This document shows positions 1 through 11,410 of a stretch of DNA of 40,713 nucleotides, piece after piece. Position 1 is the first letter of the stretch. Every line of letters begins with the position of its first letter. Made by a program: the position numbers and the translations under genes. Below the pieces are notes generated by a model. The model ran no database searches. It was given only the letters and a program-made list of their open reading frames with translations, and was not told where the DNA came from. The stretch comes from Octopus bimaculoides (Eukaryota), in NCBI RefSeq assembly GCF_001194135.2, contig NC_069000.1:23226490-23267202 (forward strand), in the 5' to 3' direction.

Positions 1-135
1 CATCCAGCTGTAGAAACTCTGCCAAATAAGACTGGAGCCTGGTGTTGCCATCCGGTTTCACCAGTCCTCAGTCAAATCGTCCAACCCATGCTAGCATGGA
101 AAGCGGACGTTAAACGATGATGATGATGATGATGA
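1..135 (+). mobile_element. 3' tail of an RTE-clade LINE (or RTE-tailed SINE), young copy ending in (GAT)n
   Basis: Ends CCAACCCATGCTAGCATGGAAAGCGGACGTTAAAC(GAT)n. The opening motif CATCCAGCTGTAGAAAC also occurs at ~26921, downstream of an RTE C-terminus remnant. Contains a 14-bp palindrome CCATGCTAGCATGG at 86-99. Confidence 0.7.
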
Positions 136-145
136 TATATATATA

Positions 146-310
146 TATATATACAACGGGCTTCTTTCAGTTTCTGTCTACCAAATCCACTCACAAGGCT
201 TTGGTTGGCCTGAGGCTATAATAGAAGACACTTGCCCAAGGTGCAATGCAGTGGGACTGAACCCGGAAACATGTGGTTGGTAAGCAAGCTACTTACCACA
301 CAGCCACTCC
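146..310 (-). mobile_element. SINE family A, 5' half (tRNA-like head plus body)
   Basis: Reverse complement reads GGAGTGGCTGTGTGGTAAG (A-box-like) ... GGGTTCAGTCCC (B-box-like) ... CACCTTGGGCAAGTGTCTTC ... GAAACTGAAAGAAGCCCG. Matches copies at 4491, 8688 and 30195. Confidence 0.85.
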
Positions 311-329
311 CGTGCCTATTAGCTAACAC

Positions 330-538
330 AATTTTGGCACAAGCCAGCAATTTTGGGTTGAGTTGGGTTAGTGATTACATCGACCCCAGTACTCAACTGG
401 TATTTATTTTATCAACCCTGAAAAGATGAAAGGCAAAGTCAGCTTCAGCAGAATTTGAACTCAGAGTGTAAAGACAGATAAAATGTTACTTAGCGTCTTG
501 ACCAGTAAGCCATCAATTCTGCCAGTTCATCACCTTCT
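330..538 (-). mobile_element. SINE family B copy
   Basis: Shares the core GACCCCAG..CAACTGGTACTTATTTTATCGACCC..AAGGATGAAAGGCAAAGTC..GAATTTGAACTCAG with more than 10 other copies in the window. Confidence 0.85.
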
Positions 539-555
539 GATACAAATAATATATT

Positions 556-772
556 GATTTCAAATGTTGGCACAAGGCCAGCAATTCTGGGAGGTGGAGC
601 TAATTTGATTACATTGACCCCAATGTTCAACTGGTACTTATTTTATCGACCCTGAAAGGATGAAAGGCTAAGACAACCTTGGCAGAATTTGAACTCAGAA
701 TGTAAAAACAGACAAAATTCCACTAAGCATTTTTCCCAGTGTGCAATTGATTCTACCAGCTCACCACCTTCT
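556..772 (-). mobile_element. SINE family B copy with probable ~25-bp TSD
   Basis: Family B core; flanking direct repeat CACCTTCTGA(T/C)ACAAATAATATATT at 531-555 and 765-789. Confidence 0.85.
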
Positions 773-794
773 GACACAAATAATATATTCTTTT

Positions 795-1003
795 CTACTC
801 TAGGAACAAGGCCTGAAATTTTTGGTGAGGGGCCAGTCAATTAGATCGACCCCAGTTCATAACTGGTACTTAATTTATCGACCGCAAAAAGATGAAAGGC
901 AAAGTCAACCTCGGTGGAATTTGAACTCAGAACGTAGCGGCATACGAAATACCACTAAGCATTTTGCCCAGTGTGCTAACGTTTCTGCCAGTTTGCCACC
1001 TTT
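795..1003 (-). mobile_element. SINE family B copy
   Basis: Family B core; relatively CpG-rich (less decayed). Confidence 0.85.
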
Positions 1004-1189
1004 GGTTAAGGAAATATTAACAGAAAATACTTCTATACTTTATAGAATTCTTCACAGCTGGCTACTGACAAATTTTTCTGCAATGTATGGATAGTTTATC
1101 CTCTTCATGCTATAATATTAGCAGCATCTTGTGTTTGAGAATAAATTATTTCTTTACCTGTATCTTTTAATAAAAATATAATTCTTTCT

Positions 1190-1370
1190 AATTTTGGTAC
1201 AAGTGCATCAGTTTTAAAGGGAACGAAAAGTTGATTACATCAGCCCCAATGTTCACCTTGGTATTTATTTTATCATCTGCAAAACAATGAAAGGAAAAGT
1301 CTTCTTCAGCAGAATATGAATTCAAAACAAGAAGCTGAAAGAAATGCTTCTAAGCATTTTCTTTCCAGCA
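1190..1370 (-). mobile_element. SINE family B, diverged copy
   Basis: Degenerate match to the family B core. Confidence 0.7.
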
Positions 1371-2378
1371 TAACATATTTAAAGGGGAAAATTTTCCCCC
1401 ATACATTCAAATGTTTGTATGTACATGCACATGTGTGTGTGTGTAAATCTTGATATTTCCCAGTTTCACTTAGCAATGTTTGAGTGAAAGAGTGATGTGA
1501 TGTTTACATTCTTTGATGATAATAAGACTCATCATTCTGTGCTTGCTTGAAAAACAGGTAACACTTGGTAACAAGAAGAACATCCAGTTGTAAAATGCTG
1601 CCTCTAATTAGTCTCTTCCAATCCATAAAACCATGGGAAACTTAATATTGAATGAACAAATGAACGTTTAAGATACTCAACCATCCCAAAAACCTTTCAA
1701 ATTATGAATTTAATGACTGCTTCTACCCTCTTATGTCTACTTGTTTTGTTACCTGAATATGAAGTTTTTTTTTCTCCCAAAGTATTAAACATAGAACAAA
1801 TTTATTTTAAAAATATATACAGTGTAATGGCTTCCACCATTTTCAAATCCAATTTCATGAATCTTCACACAAATTTTTCTCCACAAAAATTTAATTACAC
1901 ACCTCTCTTTGCTAGGGTAAATAGGAAAAGAAATTTCATAGATAATATCTTAATACTTGCATGTCAAGTGAACTTAATTCAGAGAAAAATATCTACACAG
2001 AACAGAAGACTAAGTTTATGTCACTGAATTGCTTCTACTCCTATCACTATATTCAGAAGGGATTTAGCAAATAAGAGGGAAATTTCCCCGTAATTTCCCC
2101 GTAATTTGTTTTATGCAAACAATGGTGCTGGAACATGTTTGAAGATGCTGAGCTATCCCCAAATCTGACAAGCTATGTAGTTGAAGAAACTATGTGCTTC
2201 TTTTATAATTACTTCTTATTTTTATCTCTCTTTGAAAACGAGTTTTATGCTCAAAATATTAAATGTAAAATTTGGTAAGTTTGCTTCTTTATTTTTAAAA
2301 TATATAACATAATGCCTTCTTTATTTTTCAAATTAGATTTTACAATGTTTCATGCAAATTTTCTCAACAAAAATTTTA

Positions 2379-2582
2379 CACACACACACACACACATACA
2401 TGCTCATATACACACACATGCTCACATGCCCACACATATACATACACACACACACACATACGTACACACACATGCTCATACACTAACATATATATATATA
2501 TATAGTGTGGGAGAGAGAGAGACACACACGCACACACTCACACATATACATATATATATATGGTGGTGGTGGTGGCATCGGT
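2379..2582. repeat. Compound (CA)n/(TA)n/(GA)n/(GGT)n microsatellite leading into an assembly gap (2583-2724)
   Basis: Direct reading. Confidence 0.95.
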
Positions 2583-3071
2583 NNNNNNNNNNNNNNNNNN
2601 NNNNNNNNNNNNNNNNNNNNNNNNNNNNNNNNNNNNNNNNNNNNNNNNNNNNNNNNNNNNNNNNNNNNNNNNNNNNNNNNNNNNNNNNNNNNNNNNNNNN
2701 NNNNNNNNNNNNNNNNNNNNNNNNAGGGAGGGGAGGGAGAGCAGCAGCAGCAGCAACAACAGTTGCAGTAATCAAAGGCAAAAAAGAAGACAGAAAAATA
2801 AGAACCTAAAAAAGAAAACATTAAAACATGGTAGGTATGGAGAAGGCAGGAGGAGTACAAGGCAGGTATTGAGTTACATCACAGATGGACTCTTAATTCT
2901 GGTGAAAAAAGATAATGAACCTGATTAACGTCTTTGATGGTAACAAAGGAACAAAACGTATAATGAACAAATGTCTCAATGTGATTGTGTTCACTCAAGC
3001 CTGTCTATATTTTAATTGTCATGTGATGTCTTAGTGAGCTATAAACAAGCCTGACACAACCAGACCAGATG

Positions 3072-3102
3072 CTACTACTACTACTACTACTACTACTGCT
3101 AC

Positions 3103-3135
<33 letters not shown>

Positions 3136-3151
3136 TAATAATAATAATAAT
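3072..3151 (+). repeat. (CTA)n-(AAT)n microsatellite
   Basis: Direct reading. Confidence 0.95.
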
Positions 3152-3445
3152 GACAGCATATGACAGGTTAGCTTAGGAAGTTAAGCAGTTGTGGTCGATG
3201 AAAAAGGTAGCAGTAGTACCAATAATTGTTGGAGCCCTGGGAACAGTGAGCAAAAATCTCAAGAAGTATGTGGAACAAATAGGGGCTGCAATAAGGGTGG
3301 AGCACTTGCAGAAAATAGCACTGCTTTGGACCGCTCAAATACTTCAGAAGGTGCTCAAAAAATAAGAGGTGTTACCTTAGTTCACTGGTAGTGAACAGCT
3401 GACACCGCAGTACATCTCCAGCGTTAGAAGCTGTGCAAAGGCAAC
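3152..3445 (+). mobile_element. 5'-truncated R4/Dong-type non-LTR retrotransposon (end of RLE domain plus 3' UTR)
   Basis: 3159-3365 translates YDRLA*EVKQLWSMKKVAVVPIIVGALGTVSKNLKKYVEQIGAAIRVEHLQKIALLWTAQILQKVLKK*, matching the RLE C-terminus pattern (KY..L..E...LW.....VPIVVGALG...LQK.ALLGTA.ILR). Flanked by (AAT)n on both sides. Confidence 0.8.
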
Positions 3446-3469
3446 AATAATAATAATAATAATAATGGT

Positions 3470-3800
3470 AACTTTTTCTACAATAGGCATAAGGCCTGAA
3501 ATTTTGTGGGAGGGGGCTACTTAATTACAGTGACCCCAGTGATCAACTGGTACTTATTTTATCGACCCTTGAAAGGATGACAGGCCAAGTTGAGCTCAGC
3601 AGAATTTGAACTCAAATGATAAAGGGTTGGAAGAACCATTGCTAAGCATTATGTCCTATGTGCTAATGATTCTGTCAGCTCACAACCTTCTTTGAAAGGA
3701 TTAAAGACATAGTCGACCTAAGTGAGATTTGAACTCAGAACATATAGAGCCGCAAAGCATTTTGTCCAAGATGCTACCAATTCTGCCTGATCACCATTCA
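3470..3800 (-). mobile_element. SINE family B copy plus a second partial copy in tandem
   Basis: Family B core at 3470-3690; second GAATTTGAACTCAG-type segment at ~3700-3800. Confidence 0.75.
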
Positions 3801-4490
3801 TACAAAACATTCTATGCTAGCATTTTGTGATATAAAAGCTTAAATAAATAAATAATTTTCAGAAATTTGTTGGCAAATTAACAAAGTAATTAGTAAATAA
3901 ATAATCAATCCATTAATTAATGTCACAGATCAGAAAAGGTGTAAGATTCTAAGAGTGATTACTGTGGATTTCCTTATGCTGAGTGCACTTATCATGTTAC
4001 AAGGCTTGCTCCAAAATAGACAAAACAACGTGTCATTAAGAGATAGTAATTTAATAAATGTATTTACAAAATTGAAGTAAATAAAGATTGGTGGGAAAAA
4101 AAAAACTCATGTTGAAATAATAGAAATTAAGACATTTCAAAAGTAGAGTATTAAAGGTTAAAATAACTATTATAAAAGTATAAGACCATAATCTTACTTT
4201 TTAAGTGAAGGGGTTAAGAATGAAGCCAGATCAGGTTATAAATATCTAAGGCATGTGTTCAAACTTGCCATAATAATTTTAAATGACCCATAATGATGAA
4301 GAGTCATCAAAACAATGATAGTAAAATGCAAATGAATATCTAATGAATGAATGAAGGTGAAGAATTAATGTAATGACAGAGTGATAGAACAATGCCTTGA
4401 TAAACTTGTAATTAGAAGATTGATTGGAAATTTTAAATAAACGGTGAAACCAAGGTTATCCAGTACATGTATATAAAGTTAATATGTATA

Positions 4491-4660
4491 TAGGTGCAGG
4501 AGTGACTGTGTGGTAAGAAGCTTGCTTCCCAACCACATGGTTCCTGGTTCAGTCCCACTGTGTGGCACCTTGGGTAAGTGTCTTCTACTATAGCCTCAGG
4601 CTGAACAAAGCCGTGTGAGTGGATTTGGTAGACAGAAACTGAAAGAAGCTGTCATGTATA
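4491..4660 (+). mobile_element. SINE family A, 5' half (interrupted by Tc1)
   Basis: Matches the 5' half of the intact copy at 30195-30615. Confidence 0.85.
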
Positions 4661-4662
4661 TA

Positions 4663-6001
4663 CAGGGATTGGACAAAATAATGGAAGCACCTTAAAATTT
4701 CAAACAAATTTATTCTAATATGGGGTAGGACCGCCTTTGGCAGTAATTACAGCTTGAATTCTATGAGGTATGGACTCATACAAAGTTTGAATTGTTTCCA
4801 AAGGAATTTTTGTCCATTCTTCAGCTAAAACTGTCTCCAGTTCTTGTAGTGATGATGGTGGAGGATATTGACTCCTTACTTGTTTTTCTAAAACGCACCA
4901 TAAATGTTCAATAATATTGAGATCTGGGGGCTGTGGTGGCCAGATAAGATGTTCAACTTCNNNNNNNNNNNNNNNNNNNNNNNNNNNNNNNNNNNNNNNN
5001 NNNNNNNNNNNNNNNNNNNNNNNNNNNNNNNNNNNNNNNNNNNNNNNNNNNNNNNNNNNNNNNNNNNNNNNNNNNNNNNNNNNNNNNNNNNNNNNNNATC
5101 ATCCTGAAAAAGTGTGTTTCCCTCAGGAAACAGTTCCGCAACCATAGGATGAATTTGATCAGATAAAATGCTTAAATAATCTTGACTATTAATTCTGCCA
5201 TGAAGGGAAACTATTGGGCTGGTGGATTTCCAAGATATAGCCCTGCAGATCATCACAGATCCTCCTCCATGTTTAACAATTGGAAGAAGGCAGTCTGGGT
5301 CAAATGATTCTTTTGGCTGTCTCCACACGTATACTCGGCCAGTGATTGGAAATAAGGTAAAGGATGACTTGTCCAAGAAAATAACATTCTTCCACTGCTC
5401 TAGGGACCAATTCTGTAGGTTTTTACTCCACTGTAAATGCTTTGCAACGTTTGTTCTTGAAAGTAGTGGTTTTCTGTTTGCAGCCCTCCTTTGAAATCTG
5501 GCTTTGTGCAGCTCCAGGCAAACAGTTTTTGTGGAAACTGGGTTCTTGAGGTGGCCATTAAGCTCTGCATTTTCAGAGCTGTACTTTTGTGATCCTTTCA
5601 AATAATTTGTGTAAGAGTCTGATGGTCCCTATCTGAAAGTTTTGGTTTTCTTCCGGAGTTTTGTCTTGATGAGGAGGTTTTTCCCTCTTTCTCAAAGGCT
5701 GTTATTACTTTCGAGACAGTACTTCTTGATACACCAAACATTTCAGCTGTTTTTGTTATGCTAGCACCTGCCGTACAAGCACCAACAATTTGACCTCTTT
5801 CAAAATTTGATAGATCTGTCATTTTAATGAATTTTAATTACCTTTTTCTGATGATATCTGAAAAGAAACAGCAATTTTAGCAAGCAATATTAATAATAAC
5901 TCAAAAAACCTAAAAATAAACAAGCTTTTGACGGTTTTATAGATATTTCAAAATTATGATGCTATGATGCTAGGTGTTTCCATTATTTTGTCCAACCCGT
6001 G
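4663..6001 (-). mobile_element. Tc1-family DNA transposon with both ends intact
   Basis: 30-bp TIRs CAGGGATTGGACAAAATAATGGAAGCACCT (4663-4692) and AGGTGTTTCCATTATTTTGTCCAACCCGTG (5972-6001), 27/30 identical. TA flanks at 4661-4662 and 6002-6003. Confidence 0.95.
4715..5822 (-). pseudogene. Tc1 transposase pseudogene (frameshifted, spans a gap)
   Basis: MTDLSNFERGQIVG..HTH..GRKPKLSDRD; frameshift near 5600; RKPLLS..W.NVIFLDKSSF..VKHGGGSVM..FQDD, gap, WPPQPPDLNIIEHLW..AVITAKGGPTPY*. D-E spacing cannot be counted because of the N gap at 4961-5097. Confidence 0.93.
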
Positions 6002-6003
6002 TA

Positions 6004-6225
6004 TATACATGTATTTGTGCATCTGTGTTTGTCCCCCCACCACCATTGTTTGACAACCGATGTTGGTGTGTTTACGTACGCAAAATTTAGTGGTTCGTCA
6101 ATAGAGACCGATAGAATAAGTACTAAGCTTAGAAAGAATAAATCCTGGAGTTGATTTGTTTGACTAAAGACGGTGCTCCAGCATGGCCGCAGTCAAAATG
6201 ACTGAAACAAGTAGATGAGTAAAAG
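6004..6225 (+). mobile_element. SINE family A, 3' half
   Basis: TGTGTTTGTCCCCCCACCACC..GACAACCGATGTTGGTGTGTTTAC..GGTGCTCCAGCATGGCCGCAGTCAAAATGACTGAAACAAG, collinear with ~30420-30610. Confidence 0.85.
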
Positions 6226-6372
6226 AGTATATAAAGATCTAAGATGGTGATCTGGCAGAATTGTTAACACATTGGGCCAAATACTTAGAAACATTTCATC
6301 TGACTATTGTGGGGATAATAGTAATAATGGTACACCCCTCTCACGTGATGAGTGGTATGTGATAATCTTCAA

Positions 6373-6420
6373 CATCATCATCGTTTAACGTCCGCTTTTC
6401 ATGCTAGCATGGGTTGGACG
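6373..6420 (-). mobile_element. 48-bp RTE 3' tail, young copy
   Basis: Reverse complement differs from 78-125 by one base. Confidence 0.8.
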
Positions 6421-6494
6421 AGACTACTCATCGATTTTGCTGGTCCTTTAAATGGTTCATACTACTTAGATATTACTACTTCAGATATTAGTCA

Positions 6495-6680
6495 TACTCT
6501 GGCACAAGACAATTTTGAGTAAGTCAATTACACTGTCCCCAAAGTCCAACTGGGACTTATTTTATCGACCCCAAAAAGATGAAAGGCAAAGTCAACCTTG
6601 GCAGAATTTGAACTCAAAAGATGAAAACAGACGAAATGTCACAAAGCATTTCACCCAATATGTTGTGAGCTCCTCCAGCT
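6495..6680 (-). mobile_element. SINE family B copy
   Basis: Family B core. Confidence 0.8.
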
Positions 6681-7499
6681 CAAATATTGAAGCTGTAAAT
6701 TCAAAGGTTGATATTAACTAGTGTACTACTTAGATAAGTTTTTAAAAAATTATTTGACTGATTTCAGAGTAAAGGTTAGAATCTAAAATTGAAAATTATA
6801 AAATTGAAAATATTAGAGAATTTGACTCTGAATTTGAACAAATTTAAAATTTAACAAAGCATCTTTTAAACAGAATTTAATATATGAAGTAAAGTTATAA
6901 AGATTATATGGTTTGTAAAAAGCTGGCAAGATGACAAATAGAGATAATTATAGAAAACAGGCTATGAGAAAGCTATGAAAGTTATAAAAGTATAAATTAA
7001 AAACAAAAATATTTTTCTTATTCTCTACCTCTTCTCTCACCTCATTTTCCCTTCTCTGCACTTTCAAATTGACCTACTTCTTCTCATTCAGCTCCTCTTT
7101 ACTTCTACGTTTCTCGCCCTGATTTTCCCTCTCCCCACTTCCTGCTGCTCACATATGAAGCTCTCATGGTTTTGTGTTCCTTATCAGCTGCAGCCAGTTT
7201 TTCTAATTTAGAAATGAAGAAGGACTCTACCTGAAATGTTGGATTTTTCATACTCCTTGGCAATTCACAGGTATATAAAATATACATATAAATGTATATA
7301 TAAATATATAAATAAATGTATGTGCATGTGTACACCCTCTATATACAATGGTACTGAGAAGGAAACTAACAGGCTAATCCTCAGAATGATTCATGACAGT
7401 CAAAAACATCAACTCTACTTATTAGAGAGCAACCTGACCCCATACATTTATCCACAGACAATAGACGTATTGAGCATGTTGCCATGTATGATTTGCTTT

Positions 7500-7755
7500 A
7501 AGGGGTTAGTTGCTTTTTCGCGTCATGTCGACTCATAAGGGCCAATTTCCCAGATTCCATGGTGTATATATTCACCAGCTGGACGAAACTCTGGTCCATT
7601 ACAGGAATACTCACTTTTACCAGCTGAGTGGACTGGAACAATGTGAAATGAAGTGTCTTGCTCAAGAACACACTGTGTCACTCAGTCCAGGAATCAAAAC
7701 CACAATCTTACAATCATGAGTCCAACACCCTAACCACTAAGCCACACATCTCCAC
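7500..7755 (-). mobile_element. SINE family C (tRNA head plus CORE-like segment)
   Basis: Reverse complement GTGGAGATGTGTGGCTTAGTGGTTAGGGTGTTGGACTCATG..GATTCCTGG..GTTCTTGAGCAAGACACTT..CCAGTCCACTCAGCTGG; second copy at ~20650-20770. The CORE resemblance is from recall. Confidence 0.7.
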
Positions 7756-7979
7756 TTAAGGTGGGGGGGGGGGTCATAGTTCAATACAAATTCAGAGGAA
7801 GAATCAGTACATGAATGCAGTAAAGTCAAAAACAAAAACAAACTTAGAAAATTACTATTTTTAAATCTCACAACGAGAGATATTCAGCAGCACTACTTTG
7901 GTGTAAAGATTTTTGCCAACAAAACATGGCAGTCCTTATTTAGGACGATGTAATTGTTTTGAGCTGAATGGGGCTGCAA

Positions 7980-8260
7980 GCCATGTACAGTGGTGCTTTC
8001 AGTAAGGTGAAAGTCGGCCATGAATACAGTGATGAATTTAGCATTCATGTAGGAGTTCACCAGGGCTCAGTTCTCAACCCACTCTTATTCATTATAGTCT
8101 TCAGGCCATAACAGACGAATTCAAAACTGGGTGTCCATGGGAACTGTTATATGCTGATAACCTTGCTCCTTTTGCAGAATTTTTAACAGAACTGGAGAAG
8201 AAATACCAGGCATGGAGACAAAATCGGGAATCAAAGGGTCTTAAAGTTAACCTAGCTATG
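7980..8260 (+). pseudogene. RTE-clade LINE reverse transcriptase core fragment
   Basis: AMYSGAFSKVKVGHEYSDEFSIHVGVHQGSVLNPLLFIIV, 1-nt frameshift, QAITDEFKTGCPWELLYADNLA..GLKVNLA. Shows GVHQGS.LSP.LF and YADD-type (YADN, 8150-8161) motifs. Confidence 0.9.
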
Positions 8261-8294
8261 TTGTTAGTAAGAAAGAAGATAAAACTCGCATTCC

Positions 8295-8325
<31 letters not shown>

Positions 8326-8334
<9 letters not shown>

Positions 8335-8500
8335 GCCTCTTTCAGTTTCTGCCAAATCCACTGCCTCAGCTTTAGTCAGCCTGCAGGTAGAAGACACTTG
8401 CTTAAGGTGCCAGACAGTAAGATGAAAGACTGAACTCAAAACCATGTAGTTGTGAAGTAAATTTCTTAACTATGTGAACACACCTGCAACCAGCCAGCAT
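8326..8500 (-). mobile_element. SINE family A, 5' half, diverged
   Basis: CTCTTTCAGTTTCTGCCAAATCCAC..GAAGACACTTGCTTAAGGTGCC. Confidence 0.75.
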
Positions 8501-8687
8501 GTATGTGTGTGTGTGTGTGTGTGTACATGTATATGCATACACTTATCACTATATATACATACTATAAAAACATAAATATATAATACATGTATATATATAT
8601 ATATGTTCATATATATACATATATAATACATATACATACATACACATACACACAATCACACATATATGCATACATATATATACACAC

Positions 8688-8893
8688 ATGGTAGTGTGGT
8701 AAGAAGCTTGCTTTCCAATGACATAGTTCCAGGTTCAGTCCTGTTGCACAGCACCTTGTGCAAGTGTCTTTTACTATAGCCTCAGACCAATCAAAGCCGT
8801 GTGAGTGGGTTTGGTAGACGGAAACTGAAAGAAGCCCATCATACGTGTGTGTGTGTGTGTGTGTATTTTTGTGTTTGTGTTTGCCCCCCCCCC
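8688..8893 (+). mobile_element. SINE family A, 5' half with internal microsatellite running into a gap (8894-9220)
   Basis: GTGTGGTAAGAAGCTTGC..GGTTCAGTCC..GAAACTGAAAGAAGCCC(TG)n..TGTGTTTGCCCCCC. Confidence 0.8.
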
Positions 8894-9220
8894 NNNNNNN
8901 NNNNNNNNNNNNNNNNNNNNNNNNNNNNNNNNNNNNNNNNNNNNNNNNNNNNNNNNNNNNNNNNNNNNNNNNNNNNNNNNNNNNNNNNNNNNNNNNNNNN
9001 NNNNNNNNNNNNNNNNNNNNNNNNNNNNNNNNNNNNNNNNNNNNNNNNNNNNNNNNNNNNNNNNNNNNNNNNNNNNNNNNNNNNNNNNNNNNNNNNNNNN
9101 NNNNNNNNNNNNNNNNNNNNNNNNNNNNNNNNNNNNNNNNNNNNNNNNNNNNNNNNNNNNNNNNNNNNNNNNNNNNNNNNNNNNNNNNNNNNNNNNNNNN
9201 NNNNNNNNNNNNNNNNNNNN

Positions 9221-9259
<39 letters not shown>

Positions 9260-9819
9260 CTATATGTATGTAGAGAGAGAAAGACAGAGTGATAGAGAGA
9301 CAGGTAGGAATTTAGGGAAATGTATGTATATGCTCTAGTAAGAATGAACTTATTCACCCATATTTTCCTATTTTCAAATGAATTTACCATAAACAACTAT
9401 ATTCAAATATTTTGAGTGACATGAAAAAGGTTTTTAAAAACAAAAGGTACAATAAACTGAAGAACTATTTTTATAGAATTCTCTTATGATTTAGTATCTC
9501 AAGATAACCTAAAGATTATGACACTTCCCAAAATATATTTCCAAATATTATTCCTTCAAATGTTCTGGTGACAGATGAGTCAGATTTTGGAAATAATGTC
9601 ATAATTCTTATATGTTTTTCTTTTTTCTCTTTTTGTTTCAATAATGACAAAAATGGTAACTTTTAAATCTAAGTTGATGCTATACATACTTATATAGACC
9701 TGGATTGATCATTTCTCCTTTTTTTCTGCTTTCTTCCTTTATTCCCTTTCTCCATTTTCTTCACCTTTCTGAGCTTCTCTCACTTTTTCCATATTCCTAA
9801 TTTTCTATTTCCTCCTCCT

Positions 9820-9837
9820 CCTCCTTTCTCTCTCGTT

Positions 9838-9920
<83 letters not shown>
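9820..9920. repeat. (CT)n-(TCTA)n microsatellite
   Basis: Direct reading. Confidence 0.95.
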
Positions 9921-10339
9921 CCTGACATTATTGTTCTGCCTGTTTCTTAACAATGTTTAGAATTTGAAATACAGATAAAATACAGGTACGCATACAAATG
10001 CACACACACACATCGCACACATGCACACACACACACGCACAAACACATATTTACATACACGCACACTGATATACAGATATATATATATATATATATATAC
10101 ATGTACATACATCCTCACCACCAAAAAGATGCATACATGCGCATACACATACATATATACGTTCATGTACNNNNNNNNNNTCCTCACCACCAAAAAGATG
10201 CATACATGCGCATACACATACATATATACGTTCATGTACAAGCACATAAACATGCATATGCACATATACATATATACATATACACTTATGCATACTAACT
10301 TATGCATACATATGTATGCACACATATATATATATACAT

Positions 10340-10440
10340 ACTGTGGCCATGCTGGGCACTACATTCAAAAGTAGTGGGACTGAACCCAGAACCTTGTGGT
10401 TAAGAAGGAAGCTTCTTACCACACAGTCACACCTGTACCT
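10340..10440 (-). mobile_element. SINE family A head fragment
   Basis: GGGACTGAACCCAGAACC..GCTTCTTACCACACAGTCAC. Confidence 0.7.
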
Positions 10441-10457
10441 ATATATGTGCGTGTGTG

Positions 10458-10501
<44 letters not shown>

Positions 10502-10646
10502 CATGTGTGTGTGTGTACATGTTATGTGCTATATTTCAGGTCCATTCTTTCCAGTTGTCTAAATCACATAAGGTCATAACATTAACTATTTGTTGTGTAA
10601 TTATACATTCAGTTGAAGAGTTGGATCTCAATGAACCATATTCAGC

Positions 10647-10861
10647 AAGGCAGCGAGCTGGCAAAAATGTTAGCACACCGGGTGAAATGCTTCGCCGTAT
10701 TTTGTCTGTCTTTACGTTCTGAGTTCAAATTCCGCCGAGGTCAACTTTGCTTTTCATCCTTTCTGTGTCAATAAATTAAGTACCAGTTTCATACTGGAAT
10801 CGATTTAATCGACTGGTCACCTTCCCCAAAAATTTTGGGCCTTGTACCTAGAGCAGAAAAG
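10647..10861 (+). mobile_element. Full-length SINE family B (215 bp) with 17-bp TSD
   Basis: TSD AATGAACCATATT(C/T)AGC at 10630-10646 and 10862-10878; head AAGGCAGCGAGCTGGC, B-box-like GAGTTCAAATTCC. Confidence 0.9.
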
Positions 10862-11057
10862 AATGAACCATATTTAGCTTCATTGGCAAGACTTAGAAGA
10901 CAAGATCTATTCCAAAATGCATCATTTTAATTTTCCAAAATACTTCAGTGAGTTGATATAACTGGAATTGTATTTACTTGGTTCAGGAGTGAGATGTGAG
11001 TGGTTGTTTTTCTCTTTCTCTTTCTTTCTTTTTTGTTTTCATTTTCATTTTCAGTTG

Positions 11058-11410
11058 GCACAGCCATGGCTGCATGATAAATAGTTTGCTTCCCAGATAC
11101 CTGGTTCTGGGTTCAGTTCCACTGTGTGGCACTTAGGGCAAATATCTTCTATTTTAACTCCAGGCCAACCAAAAGCTTTAGAACGGATTAGTAGATGGAA
11201 ACTGAAAGAACCCTGTCAAACACACATACATATACATGTAAAATAAATAGAGAGAGGCGGTATTAATACCCGCAGGTAAAATATTCACTACTTAAAAGTG
11301 GATGTTGGGTGAGAACACACAAATATATACTGTTAGGCTAAACACTTCAAGGAGGCTCCAGCATGGCTGCAGCCCAATGACTAAAACAAGTAAAAGATAA
11401 AAGATAAAAA
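11058..11410 (+). mobile_element. SINE family A, diverged near-full copy with (AAAAGAT)n tail
   Basis: GGGTTCAGTTCCACTGTGTGGCACTTAGGGCAA..GAAACTGAAAGAA..GCTCCAGCATGGCTGCAG..ACAAGTAAAAGATAAAAGATAAAA. Confidence 0.7.

Noticed and set aside
146-310. tRNA genes at SINE heads
   Set aside because: A/B-box-like motifs belong to SINE heads; no full cloverleaf.
1704-2027. 107-aa ORF
   Set aside because: AT-rich, no motif; consistent with a chance ORF.
4909-5100. Apparent unusual D-E spacing in the Tc1 transposase
   Set aside because: The interval spans a 137-N gap of estimated size, so spacing cannot be counted.
7153-7230. 78-nt in-frame candidate exon on the minus strand (VESFFISKLEKLAAADKEHKTMRASY)
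   Set aside because: Weak acceptor and no recognisable protein similarity.
10112-10239. 59-bp direct duplication on either side of a 10-N gap
   Set aside because: Typical unmerged contig overlap; assembly artefact.
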